Counted from the first letter of the stretch, positions 48,938 to 60,016 are shown. The stretch: DNA of 64,000 nt from Anaeromyxobacter sp. (GCA_049840735.1 JASGJN010000016.1:1-64000), one strand, 5' to 3'. Translations and numbers: made by a program. The notes: a model not told the origin generated them from the sequence alone.

Positions 48938-48970
48938 TTGACGGCGATCCGATATCGGATCATACCGATC
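48938..48970 (+). promoter_or_regulatory. Putative methyltransferase promoter containing a GATC-bearing palindrome
   Basis: TTGACG-N17-CATACC, with the perfect palindrome GATCCGATATCGGATC at 48946-48961. Confidence 0.55.
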
Positions 48971-48973
48971 TCC

Positions 48974-49831
48974 ATGGCGAGAAGGCTCGAGCTGCACGCG
49001 TGGAATCAGCTGCCGAACACGGCGCAGCAGGGGCGCAGCTGGGCCATCGTCCAGGGTGACTGCCTGGAGGCCCTGGAGCGGCTGCCGCCGCACTCGGTGG
49101 ACGTGGCGTTCGCCGACCCGCCCTACCACCTGTCCAACGGCGGGACCACCTGCCAGGCCGGGAGGCGCGTCAGCGTCAACAAGGGCGGCTGGGACGCCTC
49201 CCACGGCGTCGCCGAGGACCACGCCTTCCAGGCCCGCTGGCTCGCCGCCGTGCGCCGGGTGCTGAAGCCCAGCGGCACGATCTGGGTCTCCGGCACGCAG
49301 CACGTGATCTTCTCCATCGGCTTCGCCATGCAGGAGCTGGGCTTCCACCTGCTCAACACCGTCACCTGGTACAAGCCCAACGCCTCGCCCAACCTGGCCT
49401 GCCGGATGTTCACGCACTCGACCGAGATCCTGCTCTGGGCGAGCCCGTCGAAGTCGCGCCCCCTGGCCCACCGCTTCAACTACAAGGCCATGAAGGCGGA
49501 GAACGGCGGCAAGCAGATGCGCGACCTGTGGGAGATCACCGAGCGCCCCGAGCCCGGCGGAGAGCAGGTGGTCTGGAGCCTCCCCACGCCCGGCCCGCGC
49601 GAGAAGGTCCACGGCCGCCACCCCACGCAGAAGCCGCTGGCGCTGCTCCAGCGCGTGCTGGCCGCGAGCACCTCGCCCGGCGACCTGGTGCTGGATCCGT
49701 TCTCCGGCTCGGCCACCACCGGCGTGGCCGCGCTCCAGGCCGGGTGCCGCTTCCTCGGGATGGAGCAGGACCCGGCCTACGTGGACCTGGCCGCGCGCCG
49801 CCTGCGCACGGCCGAGATCGCGCCGGAATAG
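48974..49831 (+). CDS. Orphan beta-class DNA adenine methyltransferase, DpnA (M2.DpnII)-like
   Basis: FADPPYHLSNGG, VSVNKGGWD, PNLACRMFTHSTEILLWA, GKQMRDLW, HPTQKP and DPFSGSATT motifs. Confidence 0.9.
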   Translation: MARRLELHAWNQLPNTAQQGRSWAIVQGDCLEALERLPPHSVDVAFADPPYHLSNGGTTCQAGRRVSVNKGGWDASHGVAEDHAFQARWLAAVRRVLKPSGTIWVSGTQHVIFSIGFAMQELGFHLLNTVTWYKPNASPNLACRMFTHSTEILLWASPSKSRPLAHRFNYKAMKAENGGKQMRDLWEITERPEPGGEQVVWSLPTPGPREKVHGRHPTQKPLALLQRVLAASTSPGDLVLDPFSGSATTGVAALQAGCRFLGMEQDPAYVDLAARRLRTAEIAPE

Positions 49832-49904
49832 GCCCTGCTCGATCGACACGCCTCCCTGGCTCGCGCACCGGCCCCTCCCGGATTCGCTCACGCGGCGCTC
49901 CTGC

Positions 49905-50355
49905 TCAACCCTCGAACACCTTGGCCAGGCGGCTCCGCAGCTCGTCCCTCACCGCGCGGAAGGCGCCGAGTCGCTGCTCCTCGTTCTCCCCGGCCCCGGC
50001 GGGATCGGGCAGCCCCCAGTGGACGCGGAGCGCCTTGCCAAGGAAGACCGGGCACACCTCCTCGGCGCAGAGGGTGATCACCACGTCGACGTCGGCCGGG
50101 GGGATGTCGTTGACGCTCTTCGAATACTGCCCCGAGGCGTCGATCCCGATCTCGGCCATGGCCTTCACCGCGAGGGGGTTGAGCTTGGACGGCTGTGAGC
50201 CCGCCGAGGAGAATCCTCACGGACGATGGGGCCAGCGAGCGGGCGATCCCCTCCCCCAGCTGACTGCGCGCGGAGTTCGCAACGCAGAGGAACAGGATGT
50301 GGCGGGGCCTGGACTCGCGAATCCGTGCGGCGTCCTGCTCCCAGGCAGCGGTCAA
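49905..50355 (-). CDS. arsC: Arsenate reductase (thioredoxin-coupled, LMW-PTP fold); frameshift at ~50210
   Basis: [23 protein letters not shown] and HWGLPDP motifs; TTG start overlaps the acr3 stop. Confidence 0.88.
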
Positions 50356-51500
50356 GGCATCCTCCCGGCCGCGGGGCCCTCGACGGCCACCGCGCAGTTC
50401 GCGACCTTGGCGATCTCCCCCGTCTCCCCGGGGAACCAGCGGTCGCGAAGCTTGAGGGCGACGTTCACGAGCCCGATCAGCACCGGCACCTCGACGAGCG
50501 GCCCGATGACCGCCGCGAACGCCGCACCGTGAGCCATCCCGAAGGTCGCGACCGCGACCGCGATGGCCAGCTCGAAGTTGTTGGACGCCGCGGTGAACGA
50601 GAGCGTCGCCGTCTGCCCGTAGGGCGCGCCGGCTCTCCGGCTCATCCAGAAGGAGGCGAAGAACATGAGCAGGAAGTAGACGAGGAGCGGGATGGCGATC
50701 CGGACCACGTCGAACGGCACCTGCACGATGGTCTCGCCCTTGAGCGAGAACATCACCACGATCGTGAGCAGCAGCGCGATGAGGGTGATGGGCGAGATCC
50801 TCGGGATGAAGACCCTGCGATACCACTCCTCACCCTTCCATGCCCGCAGCCCGAAGCGGCTGGCCATGCCCGCAAGGAACGGAATCCCCAAGTAGACGAA
50901 GACGCTCCGGGCGATCTGGCCGATGGTGATGTTCACCTCGGCCCCCTGGAGGCCGAGCCAGCCCGGCAGCACGGTGATGAACAGCCACGCGTACACGGAG
51001 AAGAAGAGCACCTGGAAGATCGAGTTGAAGGCGACGAGGCCGGCGCAGTACTCCGTGTCCCCCTTCGCCAGGTCGTTCCAGACGATCACCATGGCGATGC
51101 AGCGGGCCAGGCCGATCATGATCAGGCCGACCATGTACTCCGGCTTGTCACGCAGGAAGAGGACCGCCAGCGCAAACATCAGGAGCGGTCCGACGATCCA
51201 GTTCTGGACGAGTGACAGCGAGAGCACCCTCGCGTTGCGGAAGACCTGGGGCAGCTCCTCGTACCGGACCTTGGCGAGCGGCGGGTACATCATGAGGATG
51301 AGCCCGACGGCGATCGGAACGGACGTCGTCCCGACGCTCAGGCGATCCAGCGCGGGGACCACGCCCGGGACGGCCCAGCCGAGCAGGATGCCTGCGCCCA
51401 TGGCCAGGAAGATCCAGAGCGTCAGGTACCGGTCCAGGAACGAGAGGCGCCGAGCGACACCGGCGGCGGGCGGAGGGGCTGCGGTTCCGGGCTGGGACAT
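50352..51500 (-). CDS. acr3: ACR3 family arsenite efflux transporter
   Basis: [40 protein letters not shown] and GPLVEVPVL motifs. Confidence 0.95.
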   Translation of the reverse strand: MSQPGTAAPPPAAGVARRLSFLDRYLTLWIFLAMGAGILLGWAVPGVVPALDRLSVGTTSVPIAVGLILMMYPPLAKVRYEELPQVFRNARVLSLSLVQNWIVGPLLMFALAVLFLRDKPEYMVGLIMIGLARCIAMVIVWNDLAKGDTEYCAGLVAFNSIFQVLFFSVYAWLFITVLPGWLGLQGAEVNITIGQIARSVFVYLGIPFLAGMASRFGLRAWKGEEWYRRVFIPRISPITLIALLLTIVVMFSLKGETIVQVPFDVVRIAIPLLVYFLLMFFASFWMSRRAGAPYGQTATLSFTAASNNFELAIAVAVATFGMAHGAAFAAVIGPLVEVPVLIGLVNVALKLRDRWFPGETGEIAKVANCAVAVEGPAAGRMP

Positions 51501-51509
51501 GTGGATGTC

Positions 51510-51675
51510 GTCTCCTGGAGGCTTCCGACGAGGGACTCGAGCCGGCGGAGCGTCCGCGATTCGATGTAGCAGCAGACGCGAGGCCCGTCGATGTCCCCTC
51601 GGATCAGCCCGGCGTCCTTCAGCACCTTGAGGTGCTGGGAGGCGGTGGACTGCGCGAGCGGCAGCTCATCGAACC
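51510..51675 (-). pseudogene. arsR: ArsR-family regulator, C-terminal remnant
   Basis: [36 protein letters not shown] is present, but there is no room for the N-terminal helices before the czcA-like stop at 51708. Confidence 0.75.
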
Positions 51676-51707
51676 GCGGGGCGCCTTGGCTTTCGAGGGA
51701 AGCCCTC

Positions 51708-54700
51708 TCATGAGGCCGAGCTCCCCGGAGCACCAGGCGCCGCCGCCGCGGCGGCCCGCTCGCGCCGGCCCGCCAGCAGCGCGTAGAGCGAGGGCACCAC
51801 CAGCAGCGTGAGCAGGGTGGAGCTGACCAGGCCGCCCATGACCACCACCGCCAGCGGCTTCTGGATGTCCGCGCCGGAGCCGGTGGCGTAGAGCATGGGC
51901 AGGTGGCCGATGAAGCTGGTGAGCGCCGTCATGAGCAGCGGCCGGAAGCGCAGGCTGCAGCCCTCGGTCACGGTGTCGGCGACCGAGCAGCCCCGGGCCC
52001 GGAGCTGCTGGAAGAAGGCCACCAGCACCACCCCGTTCTGCACCGCCACCCCGAGCAGCACGATGAAGGCGACGGCGGCCGAGACGGAGAGCGGCAGGCC
52101 GAACGCCACCACCGCCACCACCCCGCCCACCAGCGCGAACGGGAGGTTGAGCAGCACCAGCCCCGCGTGCGGGACCGAGCCGAGCGCCAGGTAGAGCAGC
52201 AGGAACACCAGCGCCAGCGCAACCGGCACCACCACCGCCAGTCGCTGCATGGCCCGCTGCTGGTTCTCGAACTGGCCGCCCAGGCGCAGGAAGTAGCCGG
52301 GCGGCAGCTCCTGCTCGATGGGGCGGAGCCGGGCGCGGACGTCCTCGACGAAGCCGCCCAGGTCGCGGCCGCGGACGTTGGCCTCCACCACCACCCGGCG
52401 CATGCCGTCCTCGCGGCTGACCTGCGCGGGCGCCTCCACCAGGTCGAACCGCGCCAGCTGCCGCAGCGGCACGCGCTCGCCGTCGGGCCCCGGCACCAGG
52501 AGGTGGCCGATCTCGCTCCAGGTCGGCCCGGCGGTCCTCCGGGAACCGGACCGTGACCGCGAAGCGCCGCTCGCCCTCGATGAGCGTGGTGGCCTGGCGG
52601 CCGCCGACGGCGGTTCCGACGGTGTCGTTGACGTCGCCGACGCGGATGCCGAAACGCGCGGCGGCCTCGCGGTCGATGGCGAGATCGTGCTGGGGCAGCC
52701 CCGAGACCTGCTCCACCTTGACGTCCCCGGCGCCGGGCACCCCGGTCACGGCCGCGCCGATGCGGTCGGCGAACCCCTTGAGGACCCCGAGGTCCGGGCC
52801 GAACACCTTCACCGCCAGGTCGCTCTTCACGCCGGAGATGAGCTCGTTCACCCGGAGCGCGATGGGCTGCGAGAAGGAGAGCCGCAGCCCGGGGACCTCG
52901 CCGAGCTCGGCCCGGATGGCCTCCACCAGCTCCGCCTTGCTGCGCCCCGTGCTCCAGGCCTTGCGCGGCCGGAGCATGACGAGCAGGTCGGTCTGCTCGG
53001 GGCCCATGGGGTCCTCGGAGATCTCGGCGCGGCCGGTCTTCGACACGACCGCCTCGACCTCGGGGAAGGTCCGCAGCCGCTGCTCGAAGTAGGTGGCCAC
53101 CTCGACCGAGCCGGCCAGCGAGGCGCTGGGGAGCCGGACCACGTTGACGGCGATGGCCCCCTCGTCCAGCGGCGGCATGAACTCGGTCCCCACCAGCGGG
53201 ATTAGCGCGGCCGAGCCCAAGAGCGCGGCGGCGCTCGCGCCCAGGGTGATGCGCGGGTGCGCCACGGCGGAGGCGAGCAGCCGGAGGTAGCCCTGGTGCA
53301 GCCGGCGGACCGGCCGGAACTCGCGCTCCGGGGCCTGGCGGAGCAGCGAGGCGGAGAGGACCGGCACGCAGGTGAGCGCCACGACCAGGGAGACCAGCAG
53401 GGCGATGAGCATGGTGCTGGCGAGCGGGGCGAACATCTTCCCCTCCACCCCCTCCAGGGCGTAGAGCGGCACCAGGATCACCGCGATCACCAGCACCGAG
53501 AAGGCCACCGGGCGGGCCACCTCCCGGACCGCCATGGCGATGACGTCGTGGCGGCTGCGCTCGCGGTCCTCGGCCAGGTGCCGGCGCACGTTCTCGACCA
53601 CCACGATGGACGCGTCCACCACCATGCCGACCGAGAAGGCCAGGCCGCCCAGCGACATGAGGTTGGAGGTGAGGCCCGCCCAGCCCATCACGATGAAGGA
53701 GACCAGGAACGTGAACGGGAGGGAGAAGAGGACCACCACGGCGGTGCGCAGCTCGGCCACGAACAGGAACAGCACCACGATCACCAGCAGGCCGCCCTCG
53801 AGCAGCGCGTCCACCACGGTCTCGACGCAGGCCTCGATGAGCGAGGTGCGGTCGTAGAACACGTCGATGCGCGCGCCCGGCGGCAGGGTGCCCTGGGCCT
53901 GGGCGATGGCGCCCTTCACCCGCCCCACCACCTCGCGCGCGTTCGCGCCCTTCAGCATGATGACCATGCCGGCCACGACCTCGCCGCGGCCGTCCCGCGT
54001 GACGGCGCCCTGGCGCGGCTCGGCGCCCACCACCACGTCGGCCACGTCGCGCAGGTAGACCGGGGAGCCGTCGTGGGCGCCGAGCACGATCCGCTCGATG
54101 TCCGGGATGTCGCGCAGGAGCCCGACCCCTCGCAGGTAGGTCTGCTCCCAGCCGGCCACCACCACGCCGCCGGCGGCGTTCCCGTTGGACCGCTCGATGG
54201 CCTCGGCCACCTCGCGGACCGTGAGGTGGAACTTGAGCAGCCAATCCGGATCGACCAGGACCTGGTACTGCTTCGCCTGGCCGCCGAAGCTGTTCACCTC
54301 GTTGACGCCGGGGATGGGGCGGAGCTGCGGCGCCAGCACCCAGTCCTGCAGCGTGCGGAGCTCCATGGCGGAGAGCCCGTCGCCGGTCAGGGTGTACTGG
54401 AAGATCTCGCCCAGGCCGGTGGAGGTGGGGCCCAGCTCCGGCTCCATGCCGGGCGGGAGGTGCTCTCGCGCGCCCGCCAGGCGCTCGAAGACCACCTGCC
54501 GCGTCCAGTAGGTGTCGGCGCCGTCCTCGAACACCACCACCACCTGCGAGAGCTCGGCCTTGGAGAGGGACCGGACCTGCAGGACCCGGGGCAGGCCGCG
54601 CATCGCCTGCTCGATGGGGAAGCTGACCCGCTGCTCCACGTCCACCGCGGCCAGCCCGGGCGCCTTGGTCAGGACCATGACCTGCGTGTTGGTCACGTCC

Positions 54701-54813
54701 GGGAAGGCGTCGATGGGGAGCCGCTGCCAGGCGACGCCGCCCGCGACGGCCAGGGCCGCGGTGACGCCCAGCACCAGCAGGCGGTTCTTCAGCAACCAGT
54801 CGATGAAGGGCAT
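51708..54813 (-). CDS. czcA: Heavy-metal efflux RND permease (CzcA/CusA family); frameshift at ~52515
   Basis: [44 protein letters not shown] and [12 protein letters not shown] motifs. Confidence 0.9.
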
Positions 54814-54821
54814 GGGGGCAC

Positions 54822-56150
54822 CTAGTCCGCGCAGCCCGCGCCCATCTTGGAGCGCAGGACGTCCGACTTGAGGAGGAAGGCGCCGTCGGCGGCGAGGGTC
54901 TCGCCGCCGGCCAGGCCCGCGATCTCGACCCACTCGCCCCATCGCCGGCCAGGGGTCACCGGGCGGCGGATCCAGTACTCGCCGTGGTGCCGGAGGAACA
55001 CGAAGGACCGCCCCTCGTCGGAGAGGACGGCGCTGGCCGGGACCGCCAGCGCCTCCTCCGCGCCGGGCACGAAGACCCTCACGCCGGCGAACATGCCGGC
55101 CCGCAGGCGCGCCTCCCCGTCCGCCACGGCGACGCGGAGCTTCACGGTGCGGGTGCGCTCGTCCATGCTCGGGCCCACCAGGTCGACCTTCCCAGGGAAC
55201 GTGGTGCCCGGGAAGGCCCGCACCTCCACCTCGGCGCGGAGCGCGCCCGCACGCCTGGCCTCCAGCACGCGCCCGAGCTGGTCCTCGTGCAGATCGGCCC
55301 AGACCCACACCGAGCCGACGTCTCCCACGGTGGCGATGCTCTCCTCCGGCTTGACCAGCTCGCCCGGGACCGCGTGCAGCTCCAGCACGACGCCGTCCAC
55401 CGGTGCGCGGACCACCAGCCCGCCGGCGCCGGCGGCCTCGCGTCCCGCCGCGAGCTGGGCCGGCGAGGCGCCGAGCCGCCGCAGCCGCTCCTCCGCGCCG
55501 CGGGCGCGGATGCTGGCCTCCTCCAGCTCCTGGCGTGCGGCCAGGTACTCCTTCTCGGAGGTGATCTGCTCGGCGCGCAGCCGGGTCTGCCGGTCGGCGG
55601 CGGCCTCGGCCAGCTGCAGGGCCGCCCGGGCGGACAGGAGCTCGCTCTCGGCCTCGCCCAGCTGCACGCTCTCCAGCTCCAGCAGCGCCTGGCCGCGGCG
55701 GACGCGCTCGCCCAGCGTGGCGTGGACGCGGCGCACCACGCCCTCGACGCGCGGCGCGACGTGGGCCACGCGGCGCTCGTCCAGCCGGACCTCGCCGGTG
55801 AGCCGCACGGGCGCCTCGACCCGCCGCCGCGCGGCGGTGGCAGAGCGCACGAGCCCGGCGTCGAGGAGCTTCACGGGGACCCGGACCACGCCCACCTCGT
55901 ACCGGCACTCCTCGCAGGTGTGGGTGAGCCGGTCGTGCTCGCAGCGGGCGGCCAGCAGCTCGTCCACGGGACGGTCCAGGTCGGAGGTCTCGCCCTCCTC
56001 CGAGCCGTGGTCGTGCTCCTCCTCGCCACCCTGGACGGCGGGGGTGGGGGTGGGCGCGGCCGGGGCCGGCGGGGCTTCACCCTGCGCGCAGGCGGTGAGG
56101 AGGGCGGCGGCGACGATGAAGGGGATGACGGCGGGCTGGAGGCGGTTCAT
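54822..56150 (-). CDS. czcB: Heavy-metal RND periplasmic adaptor (CzcB-like)
   Basis: Lipobox LTAC, a His/Glu/Cys-rich N-terminus, APRVEGVV and DERTRTVKLR motifs. Confidence 0.88.
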   Translation of the reverse strand: MNRLQPAVIPFIVAAALLTACAQGEAPPAPAAPTPTPAVQGGEEEHDHGSEEGETSDLDRPVDELLAARCEHDRLTHTCEECRYEVGVVRVPVKLLDAGLVRSATAARRRVEAPVRLTGEVRLDERRVAHVAPRVEGVVRRVHATLGERVRRGQALLELESVQLGEAESELLSARAALQLAEAAADRQTRLRAEQITSEKEYLAARQELEEASIRARGAEERLRRLGASPAQLAAGREAAGAGGLVVRAPVDGVVLELHAVPGELVKPEESIATVGDVGSVWVWADLHEDQLGRVLEARRAGALRAEVEVRAFPGTTFPGKVDLVGPSMDERTRTVKLRVAVADGEARLRAGMFAGVRVFVPGAEEALAVPASAVLSDEGRSFVFLRHHGEYWIRRPVTPGRRWGEWVEIAGLAGGETLAADGAFLLKSDVLRSKMGAGCAD

Positions 56151-57364
56151 GGCAGATCCTGACCGGCGAGGAGGTGGAGCGCGCCGCACACGAGATCCCG
56201 CTCGCGGGCGCTGGAGAGGGCTTCACGGCGGGCGTCGAGCAGCACGCGGCGGGCGTCGAGGACGTCGAGCAGGCCCACCTCGCCCAGCTGGAAGGTGCGC
56301 TCCAGGGTGCGGGCCGCGGACTCGGCCAGCGGCAGCACGCTCTTCTCCTGCCGCCCGGCGCTGTCGCGCGCCCGCCTGCAGGCCGCGGCGGCGGAGGCGC
56401 GCTCCGCCTCCACGGCGCGCCGCTCGGCCTCGGCCTCCGCGGCGGCGGCCTGCGCCAGCGCCTCCGCGCGCCGGACCTCCCCGCCCTTCCAGTTCCACAG
56501 CGGCAGCTCCAGGGTGAGCCGGCCGCCGACCGCGTCGCGGTCGAGCTCGCTGGCCCGGTACGCGCCCACGCTGAACGCGGGCAGCCGCGCGCGGTGCGCC
56601 CCCACCGCGTCGGCCTGCGCCCCGGCGGCGCGGGCGAGCGCGGCCCGGACGCGCGGGTGGCGCGCCAGCCCGTCGGCCTCGGCCGGCGGGAGCTCCGGCA
56701 GCGACGGGGCGGGCGCGACCGAGCCGACCGGGCCCCCCAGCCAGGCGCCGAGCGCGGCCAGCGCCTGGTCCTGGCTGGCCTGGGCGGCCGCCACCTCGGC
56801 CCGCACCCGCTCCAGCTCCGCCTCGGTGCGGGTGATCTCGATGGGGCGCCCCTCTCCTGCCTCCACGCGGCGCCGCACCAGCCCGGCCAGCGCCTCCACC
56901 TGCTGCGCGGTCGCCACCAGCGTCGAGAGCTCGGTCTGGGCGTGCCCCGCCTCGACGAACAGCGTCCACAGCGCCACGCGCACCTCGGCGCGCAGCGCCT
57001 CGCGTCCCGCCCGCGCCTCGTCGGCGCCGGCCCGGGCGGCGTCCACCGCCGGCCCTCGCCGCGCCAGCCAGTCCAGCGGGAGCGTGACGGCCAGCTCCCA
57101 CTCGCCGCCCGCGTCGCCGCCCTCGCGCGCCTGGGCATGGCCTGCGGCCAGCTCCAGCTCCGGGTTGGGGATGGCCCCGGCCGCGGACACCGAGGCGTCG
57201 GCGGCCGAGGCGCGGGCCTGGGCCGCCGAGACGCGGGGGTCGCGCTCCAGGGCGGCCTCGATCTCCGACCAGGCCAGGGGGTGCTCGGGTGCGACCTCTG
57301 CTGCGCCGGCCACGGCGCCGCTGGCGAGCGCGATGGCGCCCGCCAGGACCTTCAGGTTCTTCAC
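56147..57364 (-). CDS. czcC: TolC-family outer-membrane protein (CzcC-like)
   Basis: Signal peptide; IPNPELEL, LPLWNW and GEVGLLDVLDARR motifs. Confidence 0.88.
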   Translation of the reverse strand: MKNLKVLAGAIALASGAVAGAAEVAPEHPLAWSEIEAALERDPRVSAAQARASAADASVSAAGAIPNPELELAAGHAQAREGGDAGGEWELAVTLPLDWLARRGPAVDAARAGADEARAGREALRAEVRVALWTLFVEAGHAQTELSTLVATAQQVEALAGLVRRRVEAGEGRPIEITRTEAELERVRAEVAAAQASQDQALAALGAWLGGPVGSVAPAPSLPELPPAEADGLARHPRVRAALARAAGAQADAVGAHRARLPAFSVGAYRASELDRDAVGGRLTLELPLWNWKGGEVRRAEALAQAAAAEAEAERRAVEAERASAAAACRRARDSAGRQEKSVLPLAESAARTLERTFQLGEVGLLDVLDARRVLLDARREALSSARERDLVCGALHLLAGQDLP

Positions 57365-57472
57365 GTCCGACTCCGGGAAAGGGTGTGGCGGACGCCGCGC
57401 ACGGCGCGGCGGCACGGGCAGGGCGACGCGCGACCGGAGGGTCGCGGTCAGCCCGGGAGCACCTTCACGGGA

Positions 57473-57793
57473 TCAGGCGATCGGCGGCCTGAACGGCCGG
57501 GACGCAGCGCCGTCGGGGTCGGGCTCGGTCACGGGGGTGAGCCCGTGCGCCGCGGGCGGCGCCTCGACCAGCGGGAGGACCACCGCGGACGAGGCCATGG
57601 CGAGGTTGGTGCAGCAGGCGCAGTGGTGCCAGACCGGGCCGCAGCCGTGCTCGGGACCCTGGCCGTCATCGCAAGGATCGCCGGCGGTGTGCGGAAGGTG
57701 CCCCTCCACGGCCACATGGACCACCGCCTCCACGGCCTCGGCGAGGTCGGGGGCGAGGCCGTTGATCAGGGCGAGGACGAGCAGCCAGCGCAC
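57473..57793 (-). CDS. CzcI/DUF2946-like leader protein with a His/Cys cluster and C-terminal RPP motif
   Basis: Hydrophobic N-terminus, EHGCGPVWHHCACC, ending RPFRPPIA; directly upstream of czcC. Confidence 0.7.
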   Translation of the reverse strand: MRWLLVLALINGLAPDLAEAVEAVVHVAVEGHLPHTAGDPCDDGQGPEHGCGPVWHHCACCTNLAMASSAVVLPLVEAPPAAHGLTPVTEPDPDGAASRPFRPPIA

Positions 57794-57973
57794 GGGCCTG
57801 GATGTTATCGAACCTGGCCGCCAGGGAGCAACCGGAAGCACGGCGCGGGCGGACGCGGCCCTGCGCGTCGCGCCCGAGTGCCCCAGCACCCGCCGCCGCT
57901 CCCGGCAGCAGGCGGGCGCCCGCCCCGCCCCGGTCCCTGCCCGGGCACCGGGGCGGTGGCTACATTCCCGACC

Positions 57974-58813
57974 GTGACCCCCACGGCCGCAGAGGCGCTG
58001 CTCCCCCTCATCGGCCTGGTCGCGTTCCTCCTCTCCACGCTGGCGATCTTCGCCGCGCGCGCGGTGCTGGTGGGACGGCCGCACACGCCGGACATCGAGA
58101 AGCGGCAGCGCTCCTTCCTGGCCAAGTTCTTCCAGGAGTGGTGGATCTGGCTCTACACGCCGGCGGAGCGGGCCTGCCTGCGCCTGCGGATCTCGCCCGA
58201 CGCCATCACCCTGGCGAGCACCGTGGTCACCGCCGGCTCGGCGGTGCTGATCGGCTTCGGGTGGCTCTCGCTGGGCGGCTGGGTCTTCCTGTTCGCGTCC
58301 TCGTTCGACTTCATCGACGGCCGGGTGGCCCGGGCCACGGGCCGGGTCAGCCGGGCCGGCGCCTTCCTCGACTCGACGCTCGATCGCGTGGGCGAGCTGC
58401 TGGTGTTCGGCGGCCTGGCGGTGGCGTTCCGCGGCACCCCGGTGCTGTTCGCGGCGCTGGGCGCCGCCGGCGCGTCGGTGCTGGTCTCCTACGCCCGGGC
58501 CCGCGGCGAGGCGCTGGGCGCCGGGGAGGCGGCCAAGGTGGGCGGGATGCAGCGGCCGGAGCGGGTGGTGGTGACCGGGGTCTCCCTCGCCCTCTCGCCC
58601 CTGGCCGAGGCCGCCTGGGGACCGGGGAGCGGACGGGGGCTGGTGGGCACGGCGCTGACCGCCCTGGCCGTCTTCGCAGCCTTCACCGCCGCCCGCCGGA
58701 CCTGGGTCATCTACCGGAGCCTGCGCGGCGCCGACCCCGCGCCCGCCGCCCGCCCGCCCTTCAGGCTCGCCGACGTCTTCCGCCTGGAGCCCCGCCGGAA
58801 GGTCGTGCGGTAG
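57974..58813 (+). CDS. CDP-alcohol phosphatidyltransferase
   Basis: DFIDGRVAR...GAFLDSTLDR signature, SYARARGE and MQRPER motifs. Confidence 0.92.
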   Translation: MTPTAAEALLPLIGLVAFLLSTLAIFAARAVLVGRPHTPDIEKRQRSFLAKFFQEWWIWLYTPAERACLRLRISPDAITLASTVVTAGSAVLIGFGWLSLGGWVFLFASSFDFIDGRVARATGRVSRAGAFLDSTLDRVGELLVFGGLAVAFRGTPVLFAALGAAGASVLVSYARARGEALGAGEAAKVGGMQRPERVVVTGVSLALSPLAEAAWGPGSGRGLVGTALTALAVFAAFTAARRTWVIYRSLRGADPAPAARPPFRLADVFRLEPRRKVVR

Positions 58814-58919
58814 GCGCCGACCTCCCGGAAGGGACGTGCGCCAGGGGGAACGCCCCGGGGACCGCCGCGCGCCTCCGGCGTTCGTTGCCGCCCCCTGGAT
58901 CGCATGGTAAGGGGGGTGC

Positions 58920-60016
58920 GTGAGAGGCCCTCCCCCGCGCCACCCCGACGAGCCCCGCGAGCAGCTCCCCGCCGTCGAAGGCTTCATCGCCGATGCCGCC
59001 GAGCTGAAACCCGGAGTGCGGGTGGTCTACCCGAACCAGGGCGTCTGCGCCGTCATCGGGCTCGAGGAGAAGGACATCGCCGGCCAGAAGCTGCAGCTGG
59101 TCCGCATGACGCGCGAGGAGGACGGCGCGACGGTGATGGTGCCGCGCAACAAGGTGCCGTCCATCGGGCTGCGCAAGGTGGCCTCGGGCGACCAGATCGA
59201 GGGCGTCTTCCACTACCTGGGCGCCGTCTTCGACGACCCCGAGCTGGACTGGAAGGTGCGCCACCGCGACAACGCCGACCGGCTCATCGCGGGCGGCATC
59301 CTGGGCGTGGCTGAGGTGGTGAAGGGGCTCCACTCGCTCTCGCGCATCCGCCCGCTGCCGGCCAAGGAGCGCGAGCAGTACGACAACGCGCGCCACCTGC
59401 TGGTGCACGAGGTGGCGGTCTCGCTGCAGGTCCCGGCCGGCGTGGCCGAGGACTACATCGACTACGCGCTCATGCCGCCGGCCGGGGTGAAGTTCGACCT
59501 CAAGCCCCCGCCGCCGCCCGTGCTGCTCCCCTCCCGCCCGAAGAAGCGCAAGGTGGTGGCGGACGAGGAGGACGGCGGGCTGGGCGATCTTGGGCTGGGC
59601 GATCTCGGCATCGACATCGACCTGGCCGGTGCGCTGGAGGGCGAGCCGGGCGACCCGGCAGCCGCCGAGGCCGGCGAGGGCGCGGAGGCCGCAGAGGGCA
59701 GCGCCGAGGGGGCCGAGGCCGCGCCCGCCGAGGGTGAAGGGGCCGAGCGCGCCGACGAGGCCGAGGAGGCGCCGGAGGACGACGGCGACGAGGCCCCCGC
59801 GCCGCGCGCGCGAAGGCCGAGAAGCCGGCGCCCAAGGCCGCCAAGGCGGCGGAGAAGGCGCCCAGGGCCGCCGCGAAGAAGGCGCCGGCGGAGAAGCCCA
59901 AGAAGGAGAAGGCGCCCGCGAAGAAGGCGGCCGCCGAGAAGCCGAAGAAGGAGAAGCCCGCCGCGAAGAAGCCCGCGGCCAAGCCGGCGGCCAAGGCCAA
60001 GGGGAAGAAGAAGTGA
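58920..60016 (+). CDS. carD: CarD with acidic region and histone H1-like basic tail; frameshift at ~59810
   Basis: CarD N-terminal domain (RVVYPNQGVC, DWKVRHR), a Glu/Ala-rich stretch, then KAPAEKPKKEK repeats in a shifted frame ending GKKK-TGA. Confidence 0.85.

Noticed and set aside
1..60016. About 13 frameshifts (phhA x2, ABC-F x2, kinase, serA, GH13, OMF, SDR x2, arsC, czcA, carD) as pseudogenes or programmed frameshifting
   Set aside because: They are scattered small indels in unrelated genes with intact motifs, no visible in-frame stops and no shared slippery motif. Long-read assembly error is the simplest explanation; raw reads would settle it.
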